Positions 26,122-39,145 of a DNA stretch of 64,000 bases are shown here, piece after piece. Position 1 is the stretch's first letter, and each line of letters starts with the position of its first letter. Origin of the DNA: Azolla caroliniana (taxonomy: Eukaryota; Plantae; Polypodiophyta); assembly GCA_043228905.1 (NCBI GenBank), contig JBHGNT010000008.1, positions 15,252,001 through 15,316,000 on the forward strand, written 5' to 3'. The notes beneath the pieces are model-generated. The model ran no database searches and was not told where the DNA came from. It worked only from the letters and a program-made list of their open reading frames with translations. Position numbers and translations under genes: made by a program.

Positions 26122-29100
26122 CTCGCCCCCTCCAAACCCGCACATCCTCCGGTATGTGCCGAAGTTCTTGATTCTTCGTATCCGTCTTCATCCGAAGCTT
26201 CCTCCGATTCTCCCCTTATGTCAACTATGAGTTGTAATCCACTTTCTTCGCTTCCCGCATCATTGTGGTCTTCGTTCGATTGCTCCTCGTTGTCGGCCTC
26301 GACTTGGATCACATAAGGTTTGTCGTCGGTCCGCTTCTTGAAAATCTTCACCCGCTTCCCGGCTATAGGCACTCGTAGTATTGTTCCATCCAACTCGGAC
26401 AGTCGGTACGTCCCGTTGTCGAAGACCTTCCGAACCTCGTACGGCCCGAACCACCTTTTCGCGAATTTCCGCATCGTTGTATGTTGATGGTCCAAGCTAC
26501 TATCATAGACGATCACCCAATCTCCTTCTTCAATCCTCCTCGGTCGTAGTCGGTGCTTTGTGTCGAACCGGCTTTTGTTCCGGAACCGTGCTTCTTGTTG
26601 TCGGCGTGACGCTTCCGCTACATCTTTCGGTCTTCCCTCCAGTTGTCGTATCCGGACCGCTAGTAGTTCTTCCCGGCTCATCTCTTCCTTCCACGGTAGT
26701 ATTGTCCATGTCGCGATTGCGGTTTCCGTTGGCATTACCGGTGCTTGTCCGGTCATGAGTTCTGCCGGCATGTAACCGGTCACGGAGCTATGCGTCGTCC
26801 GATCTGCCCATAATGCATACGGAAGCATTTGTGGCCAATCCTTCACCCTTCCGTCGCATGCCTTCACAAGTGCTTTCACGATCGGACTATGTCCTCGTTC
26901 GATCTTCCCGTTGGCCTCCGGATTGTAGGCCGTTGTCAACGTTAACCGAACTCCATGTTTGGCAAAGAATCCCCTAGCTTTGTCCGAGTCGAGTTCTCCC
27001 CGGTCCGCAATCACTTGTCCTACGCAGCCGTACCTACAAAACACTTCTTCCAAAAGAAATTGGCACACCGCGGCACACGTTTTCCTCCGAAGCGCTCGAC
27101 CTTCAACTTGGTTTGTGAGATCTTCTCGAGCTAACACCAAGTATTTCTTTTGTCCAATCCCGGTCGGCATAGCTACAATGTCGACCATCCACTTGAAGTT
27201 GATTGTCGGTGAGAATGTCGGATGCAGCTCATCTCGGTGTCGGACCCCGGAGTAGACTTGACATTTCTCGCAGCTTTCTGTGAACTCCGCGACATCTTTA
27301 TACATGTTCTTCCACCAATATCTTTGCTTGATTTTCACAAAAGTTGCCCATGTTCCTCGATGTCCAGCCCAATCGGATTCGTGGAACTCAGACATTATCC
27401 GGTTTCGTTGCTCTTTCGTCCCGACTACTCGAAGTGGTATCCCATCCGGTCTTTTCGGCGTCCTCCATATTAAACCGTTTTCCAAGAAGAACTTTTGGAC
27501 TTGCCTCTTCTTCCTTCGGATCTCGGCTCTCCTTTCTTTATCATTGGTTGAATCCTTGACCTCTTGTAGCATCTTCCCGATCATCAAGGTTTCCCCCTCG
27601 TATTCTTCTTCCCGGAATTCTCGGATCACGTTCACTCGGCATATGTGTTCTGACGTGAAGTAGTCTTCAGAAACTTCTTCATTATCTGATTCGGTTATGT
27701 CGTCTTCAAACCGCGCCCTCGATAACATGTCCGCTACCGCGTTGTCCTTCCCCGAGATGTGTCAAACCTCCGGATTAAGTGACTTGACATATGCAATCCA
27801 CCTTAGCATAGCCACATCCGGTATCGTACAACACCGCATCATCCCGAGTATCGGAAGACAATCCGTCTCGATAACCACTTCAGCTCCGATCAAATAATCC
27901 CGATCCGATTTTATCGCTGACACGACTCCCCACAATTCTCTTTTGACTTGTGCATATCCGCGTTGCCTTTCGTTGAGGACCTTTGCTCCAAATCGGATCG
28001 GATACCGCGAACCATCCGAGTCGGCTTGATTGATGACCCACCCGATACCGGTTGGACTTGTATCAACCGTTACTATGATTGGCCGCTCGTAGCTTGGCTT
28101 CTTAAGTGATTCCGCCCTCCATAGTGTCTTCTTGAGCTTCCTCATGGCTTTAGTGTGTTCCGGTTTCCACTCGAATTTCTTACCTTTCCGCAACAAGTGA
28201 TAGAGCGGGTCCGCTATATGTGCATAGTGCGGAATCCATATGTGATAGAATGCACACGCACCCAGAAACCTTCGGACTTCCGATGTTGACTCACATACTT
28301 CCTTCATAGCTTGAATCGCATCGATCTTTGTTGGTGACGGTCTTCGGCCGTAGGGTCCACATAGATGTCCGACCACCAATATTTCTTCTTGCCCGAATGC
28401 CGATTTCTCCCCGGAAAGTGTTAGGTGCACATCTTCTAGCTTTTGCAACACTTTCTCGCAATCATGAATATGGTCGACCACGAACTTTCGGCATCCCCGA
28501 TCATCCATAGTCTCATCTTTTTCTTCCACCGCGCATCCTTTCATCGGAATGTCATCTAGAAACGGCATCGTTATCTCCGGGATGCAATCTCGAAGCACCT
28601 TGTTCATCGCGTTCATCATATGTGCAACCGAGTTTGTCGCTCCTTGTGGTAGTGTGCACATTCGAACTAGTCCTATCGGTGTCCGCATGGTAGTGATGTC
28701 TCGGCTCTCCACGGCTAGTTGGAATTGGTCATACCCCGAGTATAGGTCCCCGATGGAGTATATCGCACGTCCGGCAAAAGCTTCCGCGAATTCGTCCACT
28801 ATCGGACCGACTCCCGAGTTCCGGATCGTGACCTTGTTCACCGGTTGCAAGTCTTGGATGAATCGGAGTGACCCATTCTTCTTCGGAACCGTAAACCATC
28901 GATTTGAGTACGGAGCACTTGATGGCTCTAGAATCCCCATTGCCACCTTCTCCTTGAGCAAGTCGATGACTTTCGGAATATGCGCCCGCGGCACCGGAAT
29001 CGGCTTCAGGTTCCACGGTACATGATCAATCGTGAAAATCACCATCGGCTCCACTATCTTTGGATCAATGCATCCGATCTCCCTCGATGTGAACGCGAAT

Positions 29101-29720
29101 GCTTTGCCATGTTGCTCCAACATCTCTCGAAACTGTTTTTCTTCTTCTTGTAAGAGGAACCCACCTCCACCGATCCGAAGTTTCTTCCGGGTCTCATCTG
29201 TGAAGGCATGTCCGATATCCACGGACTTCCGAAGTGTCGGATCTCCCGAGACTTCTTTCTTCTTTTGTTCGCTATCGGCGGGTAGTGGTCCCGCGGCCGG
29301 TTTCATCTTCTTCTCCACGGTCTTGTATTTCGTACTTACCACTGCTTCTTCTTTGCGGAGCGCATCCGGCCCCATTTTCGCAACGATCTCGTACATCTCG
29401 ACCGATTCCACCGGGACTACCCGGTTCCCTTGGCTTTTATCTTCCGCAAGCTCTTCAAGCCGTTGTAGTGTATTCCCATAGAACACTTCCTCGATCACTC
29501 CCACGATTTCTTCGTCTTCTTTTATTATTGATGCCGACCGTAACTTATCCTCCACTTGTCGGTATTGTTTCTTCATTCCTCCGGTTACGGCCGTGTACGT
29601 AGATGCCCCATCCGGGCCGATTCGTACTTGTTTTGCTCCGAGAGTTTTCTTCCTGTGTGGGGTATCAGGGCTTCTCGGACTATCACTTCCCCACTCCGCA
29701 ACAGTCCGCTTTAAAAATCC
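26109..29720 (-). pseudogene. pol: Gypsy pol (RT, RNase H, integrase); one in-frame TGA at 27762-27764
   Basis: DLYSGYDQF, PQGATNS, FLDD (RT); VDTS (RNase H); GHRG..CEKC, ADRGE, YNPEANGKIE, GPY (integrase). Confidence 0.95.
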
Positions 29721-31753
29721 ATTCTCACTTGGGACAAGAGTTCCCTCTTGTTCCTTTCGTGATTTGCTGGCACCGTTAGGAATTGGACGGATTTCCCTCC
29801 GTTTTGGCTCCGAATTCGCGCAAAAGCCGCACCACTATCGAGCACCTTCGTCTCCATCCGTGAAGCCGTGATAAAGGGTTGGCCGAGGATGACAGAATGT
29901 GAAACCTCATCCTGCACAAAGAAATTTTGGTCAATTTCGACATCCCCGATCTTTACCGTCACATCCGGACAAGCCGCAAATAGGTCTTCTGTCGTTTTCG
30001 TGGCTGCCCGAATCTTCCATCCATGGTTGGTGTTTATAGGCCACTTCCCCTTTCGGTAGAACTCCTTGGACATCAAGTTGATCTCCGATCCGTGATCAAT
30101 CAATGCTAGCACGGGTTCTTTGATGTCGCCGATTCGGACCGGAGTCTCCGTAGTCGCACGTGCCCAGTGTGGCCTTGTATAGTGGGAGTTCGGAATTTCG
30201 CCTTCCACTTCGGTGTCGTTCATTGAAACGGTATTTGCATTCACCCTTGGAGCATTTTCCTCCGTACTTTGTCTCTTCCTTTTTACGAGATCCACGAGAA
30301 GATCGTGAAACTCCTTCTTCGCTATTCCGAGTAGTTCCCGCAGCGAAAAATCTACCCGGCTATCCAAGATTCTTTCCTCGAACACTCTTTTCAAGTCGGT
30401 TTGTTGTTCTATGTCCGAGGTGAGCTTGAATGCCGGAGTCGCCTTTTCTTTTCCCTTACCTCCGGAGTTCCAGCTTTCCGGTATCTTCGATGGTCCGGCC
30501 GCATCCTCCGTGCACCGTCGTTTCTCGTCCACATACACCTCATGTAATTGACACAGGGCGTATATGCTATTCTTGTCGACAGGGCACTCCCATCCCGTAG
30601 CTTCCCGGACGCCTTCCGGGGTGTTTCGGATATCGTTGGAGTCGGTTTTCTCGGTGTTTCCTAGCACCTCCGGCCAGAAAGACTCCTTCGCTCCCGTTGA
30701 CTCCCCGACACATATTCCCGCGGTTGTCGCATAGTTGCTTCTTGCCGCTAACTCCTCCTCGAGCACCTTCTTCATGCCGCCTTTCCGGAAGTTCGGTCGG
30801 AGTGGCTTCCGGGAGTCCATCGAATGAATCCGGTTTCCCTCGTAGTAGATGAGATCCCGTCGTAGCGCCTCCTTATGGTCGTCGCAATCCCTTCGATCGT
30901 GTTCGGCGCTATCGCACCATATGCACCGTCGATCCGTATATTTGGAGCTTGTGGGGCGGTCATCCGACTTCTTCACCATCGCGATCTTTAGATTCTCCAT
31001 CTCCTTCAGCAGCTGCTCCACCGTAGACGCGTCGACTCCCTTCTCGGCCGTAATCTCCCGAGCCCTCGGTTGATGGTCTTCCAGTCCCGTTCTCGGTTTC
31101 GGAATCGGTTCCGAAACCCTCTTTTCTTCGTTGGAAAGCCATTGCCCCCTCTTCGTGTACCGCGCGACGATATCCCGCACGCTTTCCCATGTTTCGGTGA
31201 GGCCGCTTTCGGTGGTCGTGTCCTCAAGAAGCACTCCGAGATCTTTCCGGTCCCGGACGTCCACAGCTCGCAAAAACATGATGACTTTGTCCGGTGCAAG
31301 AATAGTTTGATCTCTCGCGGACAACCTCCCGAACCGACTTTCGAATGTCGAAAACACTTCGAGGACCTTCAGCCCCTTACCTGACGTTTCCACCCAATCC
31401 TCGAATCCCCTCCGCGTTGCCTTGGAGGAGTCCTCGATGGCAAACGTGGTCTTTAACGCCTTTTCGAATGCTTCCCACGTCGGATTTTGTTGTTGCAACC
31501 CGTGGATACTCCCTTGAAGCCCGTCAGTCGCCACCCGGTTAAAGGATGTCACTTGCAGTCCTTCCGAAGCCCGGCACCGGAGCATCTCCGCCTTGTAGTC
31601 CTGCAAATATCGCGACACATCCTTACCATTAAATTACCCGTTGCGTTGCACGAGCCGCTCTACTGATGCCGAAATCTCCGACATCGTGCGTTGTTCTTGA
31701 AGCATCCGTTCGAACATCGCCATCATATTGTTAGCTTGTTGAGCCTCCATCTC
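29711..31753 (-). pseudogene. gag: Gypsy gag-protease ORF; one in-frame TAA at 31634-31636
   Basis: Zinc knuckle CIWCDSAEHDRRDC; protease motifs LIDHGSEIN and ILGQPF. Confidence 0.93.
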
Positions 31754-31788
31754 CTTGCCACCTGTCTTCACGTCGGGTTCACCAACTG

Positions 31789-32609
31789 TGTCGTGCCTTT
31801 CGGCTCCGGATCGTTGCGTGAGTCGGGTGGGAACCACAGAGGTCTTGGACTAGGAGAAAGAAGTTCGTGAGATAGAGATTAATTATGAGTAAATAGCAAA
31901 GAGAAAGATAAGAAACTCGTGAATCACACGAGTATACTATATTAATTGGTACTTAGGGTGTTAAGAGAGAAGTAGATGTATAAATCGTGAATCCCACGAA
32001 TAATTTTTGTATTGATTAATACTTAATCCAAATAATCAACAACTCTTTATATATTTCTCTCCTCCTTATATAAGGAAGGAAGAGCTAAGCATGGCTTCAT
32101 GCTTTTTTTTTTTTTACAAAAAGTGTTCATGTCCACTAAATGTGCATGTGATGCTTTTTTATTTCCTAAGTATAGGGCTCATGCACGCTAGATGTGCATG
32201 AGTTATTTTTTAGTGTCTCGTGTTTTTTTTTTCTTTTTCATATATTAAAAAAATACACGATTTACCTTTTAATAAAGGTATGCATAAATAAAGGTCTTAT
32301 ACGTATTAAATCTATATTTAAAACACTTAAGATAAGTTAATGTAATGGTAAGGTTGGGGTTTGTCAACGTGGAGGTGCAGAGTTCGAATCACGCCTTGCG
32401 CAGTAGTGAGTATTTCCTTTTTTTTTTTTTTACATTTATGTCTCTTTATCCGGCTCTTCCTTGCCGGTATGTCGTTTTCTTCCTTGCCGGTATGCCGTTT
32501 TCCTCCTTGCCGGTATGCCGTTTTCTTCCGGTTCTCACCGAGCACTCCATTCTCTATCCGGAGGGACAAAAATATAATTTCCACATAGTGTGCAACCTAC
32601 ACTAGGACA
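31789..32609 (-). repeat. Gypsy 5' LTR
   Basis: Direct repeat of 25325-26121 with one extra ccggtatg unit. Confidence 0.97.
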
Positions 32610-34609
32610 ACGTGTCTTGTTGTGCGGCATATTTCTTGGCGGCCTCAATATGCTTTCTTTTTTCTTCTAAGGCTTGGAGCCATAACCATTTTTGTTCCGA
32701 TACCAAGTCACTCTACAACTGTCCTTTCTTCTCAATTGGCATTTGCTTAGCTCTATGGACAATTGTACTCGGCATACAAAGTAATAACTGGCAACCACCT
32801 TCAGGTTCCCATGTTGTAGAAGATGAATATTGTTTAGCATACAAAAGTGAAGAACCACTTATTTCATTTTTCTTTATCATAAAAATGTGATTGAAGCTTA
32901 TATTGTTTAACTGGGCAAGCACTTTAACATTCCCAACACCCCCATCTAATATATATCTCTTAAAGTTGTATACCTCCTTCAAGTGTAACACTTTTGGGTG
33001 TGGTGTATATGCATCACAAATGACATCAAATAGTTTAGGTAATGTGAAAGCATCATGCCGAGACAACTGTCTGGAAAATGTGCTAAATATCTGATCTATA
33101 TGATCATGTGGGTGGTCAACCAAAAGAAACTTTCCTAAACAATCCTTGGTTGCAGTTCAATTTTTGTTCTCTCTAGCAGTATTGTCCAATTGAACGTATA
33201 GAACAGGGGGGAAAGGTTGGCCCCAAGACATCAAAACTCAATGAATCATTGTAACTGTTAGGTTAGGGTCATTGTGAACATTAGGGTATGTAATGAAGAC
33301 GTGAGCTCCAACAGACCTATTATAAGCTAAGCATCCCACCAAGTGCATTTGAACAAGGCACTCATCATTGACGTCTTTGGGGAGCCTCCGCATATGCGGC
33401 AAGCAAGTCTTCTTCTGGTCCATGCCATCTATCATTAAGCACATGTATTGTTCGAGCCTCTTCAAACACTTCTCTCTATGATGCATCGCCTTCTTTCGTT
33501 CTAACGATTGTGCCTCACGATGCTCTTGTAGTAACTTCTTACTCATATCCTTTTCCATTGATGTCTTTGCACCTTTAGCCAAACTTTTAAGATTTGCACA
33601 AATGGAGCAATACCCCATGTGTAGTTTACGTGGAATGATAACATTTGAAAACCGAGCTCTCCATAATCTTCTGAATTGGCTATATGTGACAGACTTATTA
33701 CATGAGCCCACCATATCAGATTGATAGACATCATAATCTTCCCGACGTGTGTAATTATCAGAAAGGTGCATCCTACCTGTAGTGGGCATTAGTTCACAAT
33801 TTAACTGAAAGTAAGTTTTCATCCAACCAATAGCATGTCTTCCAATTGCACCTTTCATACTTGGAACCTCTTTACAATTGAGCATCTGATCCCCGCTAAG
33901 TAGACGTTGTTGTATTCTATATAGCCACATGTTACTAACACATAACGCAAATTTGAATGCAACTATACATATTTGTTGCACATGGAAGATATAATACTTG
34001 AATGATACTTTGATCCCCGTACATTTGTCAGACACTAGTTGCATATGTGACCTGAGGTAAGTGTCTTACTCATCACCAGTCATTGAAAAATAGTATCGCC
34101 TTAATTCTCGGAACTTTGATTTTCCAATCATAGACATACAACCACGAGCACAACATATTTTATTGACACCAAATCCAATTTGTTTATCTGATGTCACCAA
34201 GTTAAATCTAGCCAGACGAATTCTTCGTGGGATTCTTCTAATATGCATAGGGCTTCCAGATTTCTCTTCCTACATAGAAGTTGGTGTAACCTTGTTACTA
34301 TCCAATTCTTTGTTGTGACCATCGCCGATGATATTCAATGTTTCATTGGCACTACCTTCATTCTCTGTATCTTTATTAATATCGTATTCTTCAATAGAGA
34401 ACTCTTCACTTGTGTCATTATTCACATTTGTTGTAGGTGAAGATGAGCTCAGACAATACTCTTCGATAGAATATAGTGCGTCTGTCGACAGACAATATTC
34501 TTCAATAGAAAAATGGTGAGTCTGTTGACAAACAATATTCTTCGGTAGAAAACGAAGAGTCTGATGACAAACAATATTCTTCAATCAAGAACGGTGAATC
34601 TTCACTCAT
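32610..34609 (-). pseudogene. Sola-like (DUF7869-type) transposase, N-terminal and catalytic part, disrupted
   Basis: Motifs CSIC..H, CLMIDGMDQ, LYVQLDNTARENKN (33161-33202) and FLLVDHPHDHIDQIFS (compare FLxVGHTHxDIDQxFS). Probable ATG at 34609. Contains stops, frameshifts and a short deletion. The family assignment is from motif recall. Confidence 0.8.
34445..34600 (-). repeat. 39-bp coding tandem repeat (SIEEYCLSTDSPF-like, x4) in the transposase N-terminus
   Basis: Repeated acaatattcttc units with a ~39-bp period. Confidence 0.85.
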
Positions 34610-35417
34610 GGCTTAAGGTCTAGACAGAGCTCTTTAAGTTATGTGCTTAGGCTAAGGCAAAAAACTAATAAGCTCCTCTCTAAACATATACTCCTCTCAA
34701 AACATAAACTCTTCTCAAAACATAAACTCCTCTCTAAACAGAAGCTCCCTCAATATAATGTCTATAATATTTAATATTATATTAATACAATACATAAAAA
34801 AAAATAATTTTATTATAGTAATTGTATTTGACATATTACTAATTACTTAAACTAGTCTATATGAAGTTAAATCCAGTATAATATAATTACAATCATTACC
34901 AAGCCATATATATGTTAGATTAAAGTTAAAATCATTGGTTAATTAATGGCACCCATATTTAATATAGAACTTCTCAGTCATTGGTTCATTCATGCCCACA
35001 TCTTTAATACAAAGCAATTAAGAGTCATAAAAATGTTGATTTCAGTAATCAATCATTGGTTCATTCATGAACCTCTATCATTGTTTCCTTCATGACCTTC
35101 AAAGTCATTGTAAGTTATTTTGACTATAAAATATTCAACAATATGTTAGTTTGACTTTGTAATCATTAATGCAATCATAAGTTACTCAAGTTAATGTGAC
35201 TGTGGTTACTAACTAACTAACCTCACGGTTGCCAACCCTGGTTAAGCTGATTGTGGTTACTTTAACTAATGTGGTCAATCCCTATAAATAGGAAGACCCT
35301 ATCATATTTCACTCACACGAAACAGAAGAGCACACAAGAGCACACAGAGCAAACAGAGCACACAAAGCACGAAGTACGATTGCGAGATCTCCGCCTAATA
35401 ATCGACAAATATCAACC
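34610..35417. promoter_or_regulatory. AT-rich divergent promoter region between the two transposon genes; TATA box at ~35283
   Basis: cctataaata at 35281-35290, ~135 bp upstream of ATG 35418. Short aaacataaactc repeats at 34680-34745. Confidence 0.55.
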
Positions 35418-35501
35418 ATGTCTTCAAAGAAAATCGAGTGCCAGGACTCCAAGTAAGCCTCTGACATTGTGGACATTTTTGTAAATATGTTTTAGCATCA
35501 A

Positions 35502-35730
35502 GAACTTGATACGCCGTATCGAGTTCCTGTATAAAATACAAACAATATACATGAACGCGATACGGCATATCGAGTTCTTGTGTGATGTTTAGGTTTTATA
35601 CAGAAACTCGATACGGCGTATCGAGTTCCTCTTTAAAGTTTTTGATTTAAACATGAACTCGATATGCCATATTGAGTTCCTCTATTTCGTTTGTGTTTTA
35701 AACAGGACCTCGATACGGCGTATCGAGTCC
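35502..35730. repeat. Array of five 25-bp palindromes (GAACTCGATACGnCGTATCGAGTTC) with an exact 51-bp period, in intron 1
   Basis: Units start at 35502, 35553, 35604, 35655 and 35706, separated by 26-bp AT-rich spacers. Confidence 0.92.
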
Positions 35731-38700
35731 CTGTATAAAACAAGAACTTGAAAGAGGAATATTTTGTCTTTGGGGCAACAACTTAGTATTGTGTGAAAAT
35801 ATATCAAACTCTCTGTCAAAATCAGTCTTTTTTTAGGGTGATTTGCCTTATTTTGTAAAAAATAGGGGCCTTAATTATAGAGGTTTTATGACCTAGTATA
35901 GCTTAAAATAGTACAAATTACCCACAAATTACCTTTACGATACCAAATTCAAGTCTATCATATGCAAATTCTCTACAATATGGATATGGAATCAATGTAA
36001 GCCATGCCTGCCATTCAAGACAATATATATCCTTGTATACTTATTAAGATATATATTTTCTAAGTTGAATAGCCCTTACTAGAATAGATTTCTGAATATA
36101 GAACTACCATGTACACTCAATGCATGATTGATATTTATAGTTTGCCACAAATTGTCTGCTAGTTTATTTCTTCATCTAATTATTTGTATTTTAATATACA
36201 ATCTTAATCTACGTGACCACCTAACTTATGTTTTCTCATGTCCTTTCTTAAATAGGTCATTTGAGAACTTGTCGGACCGGCCTATGAAGAAGATAAAGCT
36301 CCGCATACAGGGTTCTCCAATTGAAACACAGACCCTAGTAGCTCTAGAGACCATGAAGAGAGGAAAAAAGCTTCTCTTCAACGAGGAGACAAAATCTCAA
36401 TCACACATTGAGGTTAGCCAAAAGAAAGTAGTAGTAGCTACTGGAGGTGAAGACCTTCCTAACCGTGATCTAACGGACAAGGAATGGTGTATGCAATACG
36501 TCGACACCATGAAAAAAGTCGTATTCTATACAACAAAGGAGAAGGGCGAGGGGCAGCTTAAAAATGAAACCCCATTTATGTATGACCGTATTCTACGATT
36601 TGACTACGAAGATGTAGATTCAGCAAATATACTTGTAATGATAGAGTGCTCTAAGGGGGTACATAAAGTGTTCCTTTCATAAGATCTTCTAGTAAAGGAA
36701 TCTTGTGGGCCAGAAGCTTTCAAAAAAGATCTTGAAAGCTCACAAAACCGTATTGTTACCTTGAGGCCTTATATACAAGGCCATGTAACTCTAAGGGAGC
36801 CATTGCCCTCCCTAGTGAAGGCCACAAAAAGGGCATCTAAAGTACAATCAAGACCACCAAAATGTCGAACTCCGACTCATCAAGTGAAAACGAAGATGAG
36901 GACACTAACGGGACGCTAGGAGCTGAGGTGGCATTGGGTGTCTTGTCATCCGAGCAGAATAAGATACGAAGAGAGTTAATGCAACGTAAATTGGTCGAGA
37001 AAGGGCAAATGTTTAATTTGCCTATAACACACATCCATCGGACCCCTATTGATGAAAAAACAAGACGAAGACCACTGGAGATTAGAGAACCACACCGCAT
37101 GGATGTTCAAAATCTCAAGAAAAAAATGAAAATTAATCCTCATGCCACTGTGGTGCCTTTTATTGTTATGGTGGATCCTGAAGAATGTGAAACCATTGAA
37201 GATTCTGATATAAGAAAGCATGATCAATATAATTACTTTGTCATTGGTAGATCGCATTCAGCGGACGCACGTTGGCAACTTGTGAGAGAACATCTAACGA
37301 CTTTCTTCTTCAAGTATGCAGAGTGCAAAATTTACATGGGTCTCACAACTGAAGAGGCAAAGTTATTGGCATGGGACCACAATAGGCAGAAAATGTCGTC
37401 GACTGAGTGTATACGGTTCTTCCACCACGAGTATTTGGATGTCAAACAAAAGTTTGGTGTGAAGCTACATCCAGGCCTACGACGTCAATGCTTGCATGAA
37501 GTCGGCATTGTGGTAGATGATAATGTTAAGTCCGATGGTCTTCGAAAGTATGAGTCTTGGTTTCAACTGGCCCTTAGAGATGGAGAAGTATGGGACCTAC
37601 AGGATCAAATCTTCTCAATGTGGGAGAATAAGAAGGTCAAGGGTCAACGACAAAAAAAATGTAAAGTTGACCCTCAACTAGAATTAAAGCCACAAGCGGC
37701 CAAGAAAATTGACTTGACAATTGAAGAAGCGGTTGACGACATGAAGTTGTCTTTGTGGAGAGCGATGCAAGGTATTAAGGACGAGCAACTTCTTGTGTTT
37801 GTTTTGTCAAGGGTTGTGGTCAAATATTTAAGCATTGAAGAAATGGTCACTGAGTTCAATAAGTAAGTCTTTCAAATACTGATATTGAAGACTATATGGT
37901 GCAATTCAAAGTTCTAATCTCGTTTTCTAATTTCACAATCATAAGGTGTACATGAAGATCCAAGAAGTTATGATGAAACAACTTGGATGTATAACTTGGG
38001 AACAAGTGACTGAGGATTATTCTCTAACGTCTTCATATAAGGCATTATCAGAGTATTTTATTGCATTCAAGGATTGGGTTAGTATTGGTGGTTTTTCATT
38101 ACGCTTTCATCATATGTAGAGCTTGTATAATAAAACTCGATGTCCTATTGCTTCTATTAGAAACCGTGTCGTGGGAAGAAACAAGGAGAAGTTAAGGATA
38201 TACACGATTTCCCGACATCCTTCATTGCACATCTCGAGAGAGCTAGAAAAGAAAAGGATCATCACTTAGTCAAGGTGTATGAAATGGAGGAAGATGGCTC
38301 CTTTAAAAAATTTAGCCACAAAAAAGATATTACGAGAGATCTTTACTACAATGTGGTTTGTGGCGATGTCGTTGACATGATCCAAACGGTGCCAAAGAAG
38401 GAATATACGCTGTCGCGAAGATTCGCGCGTGCGTGTGCTACTCGAGCGACCACCGGGGTCTTGGACTGGGGAGGACGTTCGCGGAATTATCGACGCTAGA
38501 TGACGATCAATGTAAGATTAAATGAAAATCGTTTACTTGAGAAGAAGAAAAATTGAACACTTGAGAAGTAGAAAAACATGAAGATTATAAAGACAAATAT
38601 AATTTATATTGATGATAATGGTGTTGGTGATATCACATATTGAGCCCCCCTTACACAAGCCCAACTAGAGGCTTTTATAGGTCTTTCCATGCTCGTGACA

Positions 38701-38865
38701 TGCACATAACCATGGGCTAAAACCATGGTTTTGTGCACACGGTTTTGCTTATGTCATGCACAAACCATGGGTTTAAAACCATGGTTTTGTGCACATGGTT
38801 TTCTATGGTTGTTTCGTCTATAATTTGTATATCAAAAGGAAATACATACAATCTACACTATATGA

Positions 38866-38934
38866 TAGTTGTCCTAGTGGTAAGGCAATTATCTTGTATG
38901 GTAGAGGTGCAAGGTTCAATCCTTGCTTGCACCC
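38866..38934 (+). promoter_or_regulatory. tRNA-like A/B-box module in the non-autonomous LTR (second copy at ~41742-41810)
   Basis: gtcctagtggtaagg ... gaggt gcaagg-ttcaat-ccttgc. Confidence 0.65.
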
Positions 38935-39145
38935 CTCTGTATGAACTCAAGTGCCACTAGGCTAGGTTTATTTGCTAAGTGCATGTGCAATGTTGCACAT
39001 CCTTGGTTTATTCGTCTCACTCGGTTTCACACCGTAGCCGAAAATCGTCACGACATCCACCCCCACCAAACCCGCACATCCTCCGGTATGTGCCGAGAAA
39101 GGTGAAGAGGTGAGATCTTTGGCAACGGTGATCAACCGAGTTCCT

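Larger units (their letters stand above)
25325..32609 (-). mobile_element. Young full-length Ty3/Gypsy element, tRNA-Trp primed, with a 4-bp TSD
   Basis: LTRs 25325-26121 and 31789-32609 are near-identical. TSD ACGT at 25321-25324 and 32610-32613. PBS tggtgaacccgacgtga at 31768-31784. PPT ggagggggcgag at 26122-26133. Domain order gag-PR-RT-RH-INT. Confidence 0.98.

Noticed and set aside
35502-35730. CRISPR array
   Set aside because: The repeat-spacer look is real, but the spacers are related to each other, no cas genes are present, and the array lies in a spliceosomal intron.
38866-38934. Functional tRNA genes in LTRs
   Set aside because: Only the A/B boxes and T-arm are recognisable; I could not fold a convincing acceptor or anticodon stem.
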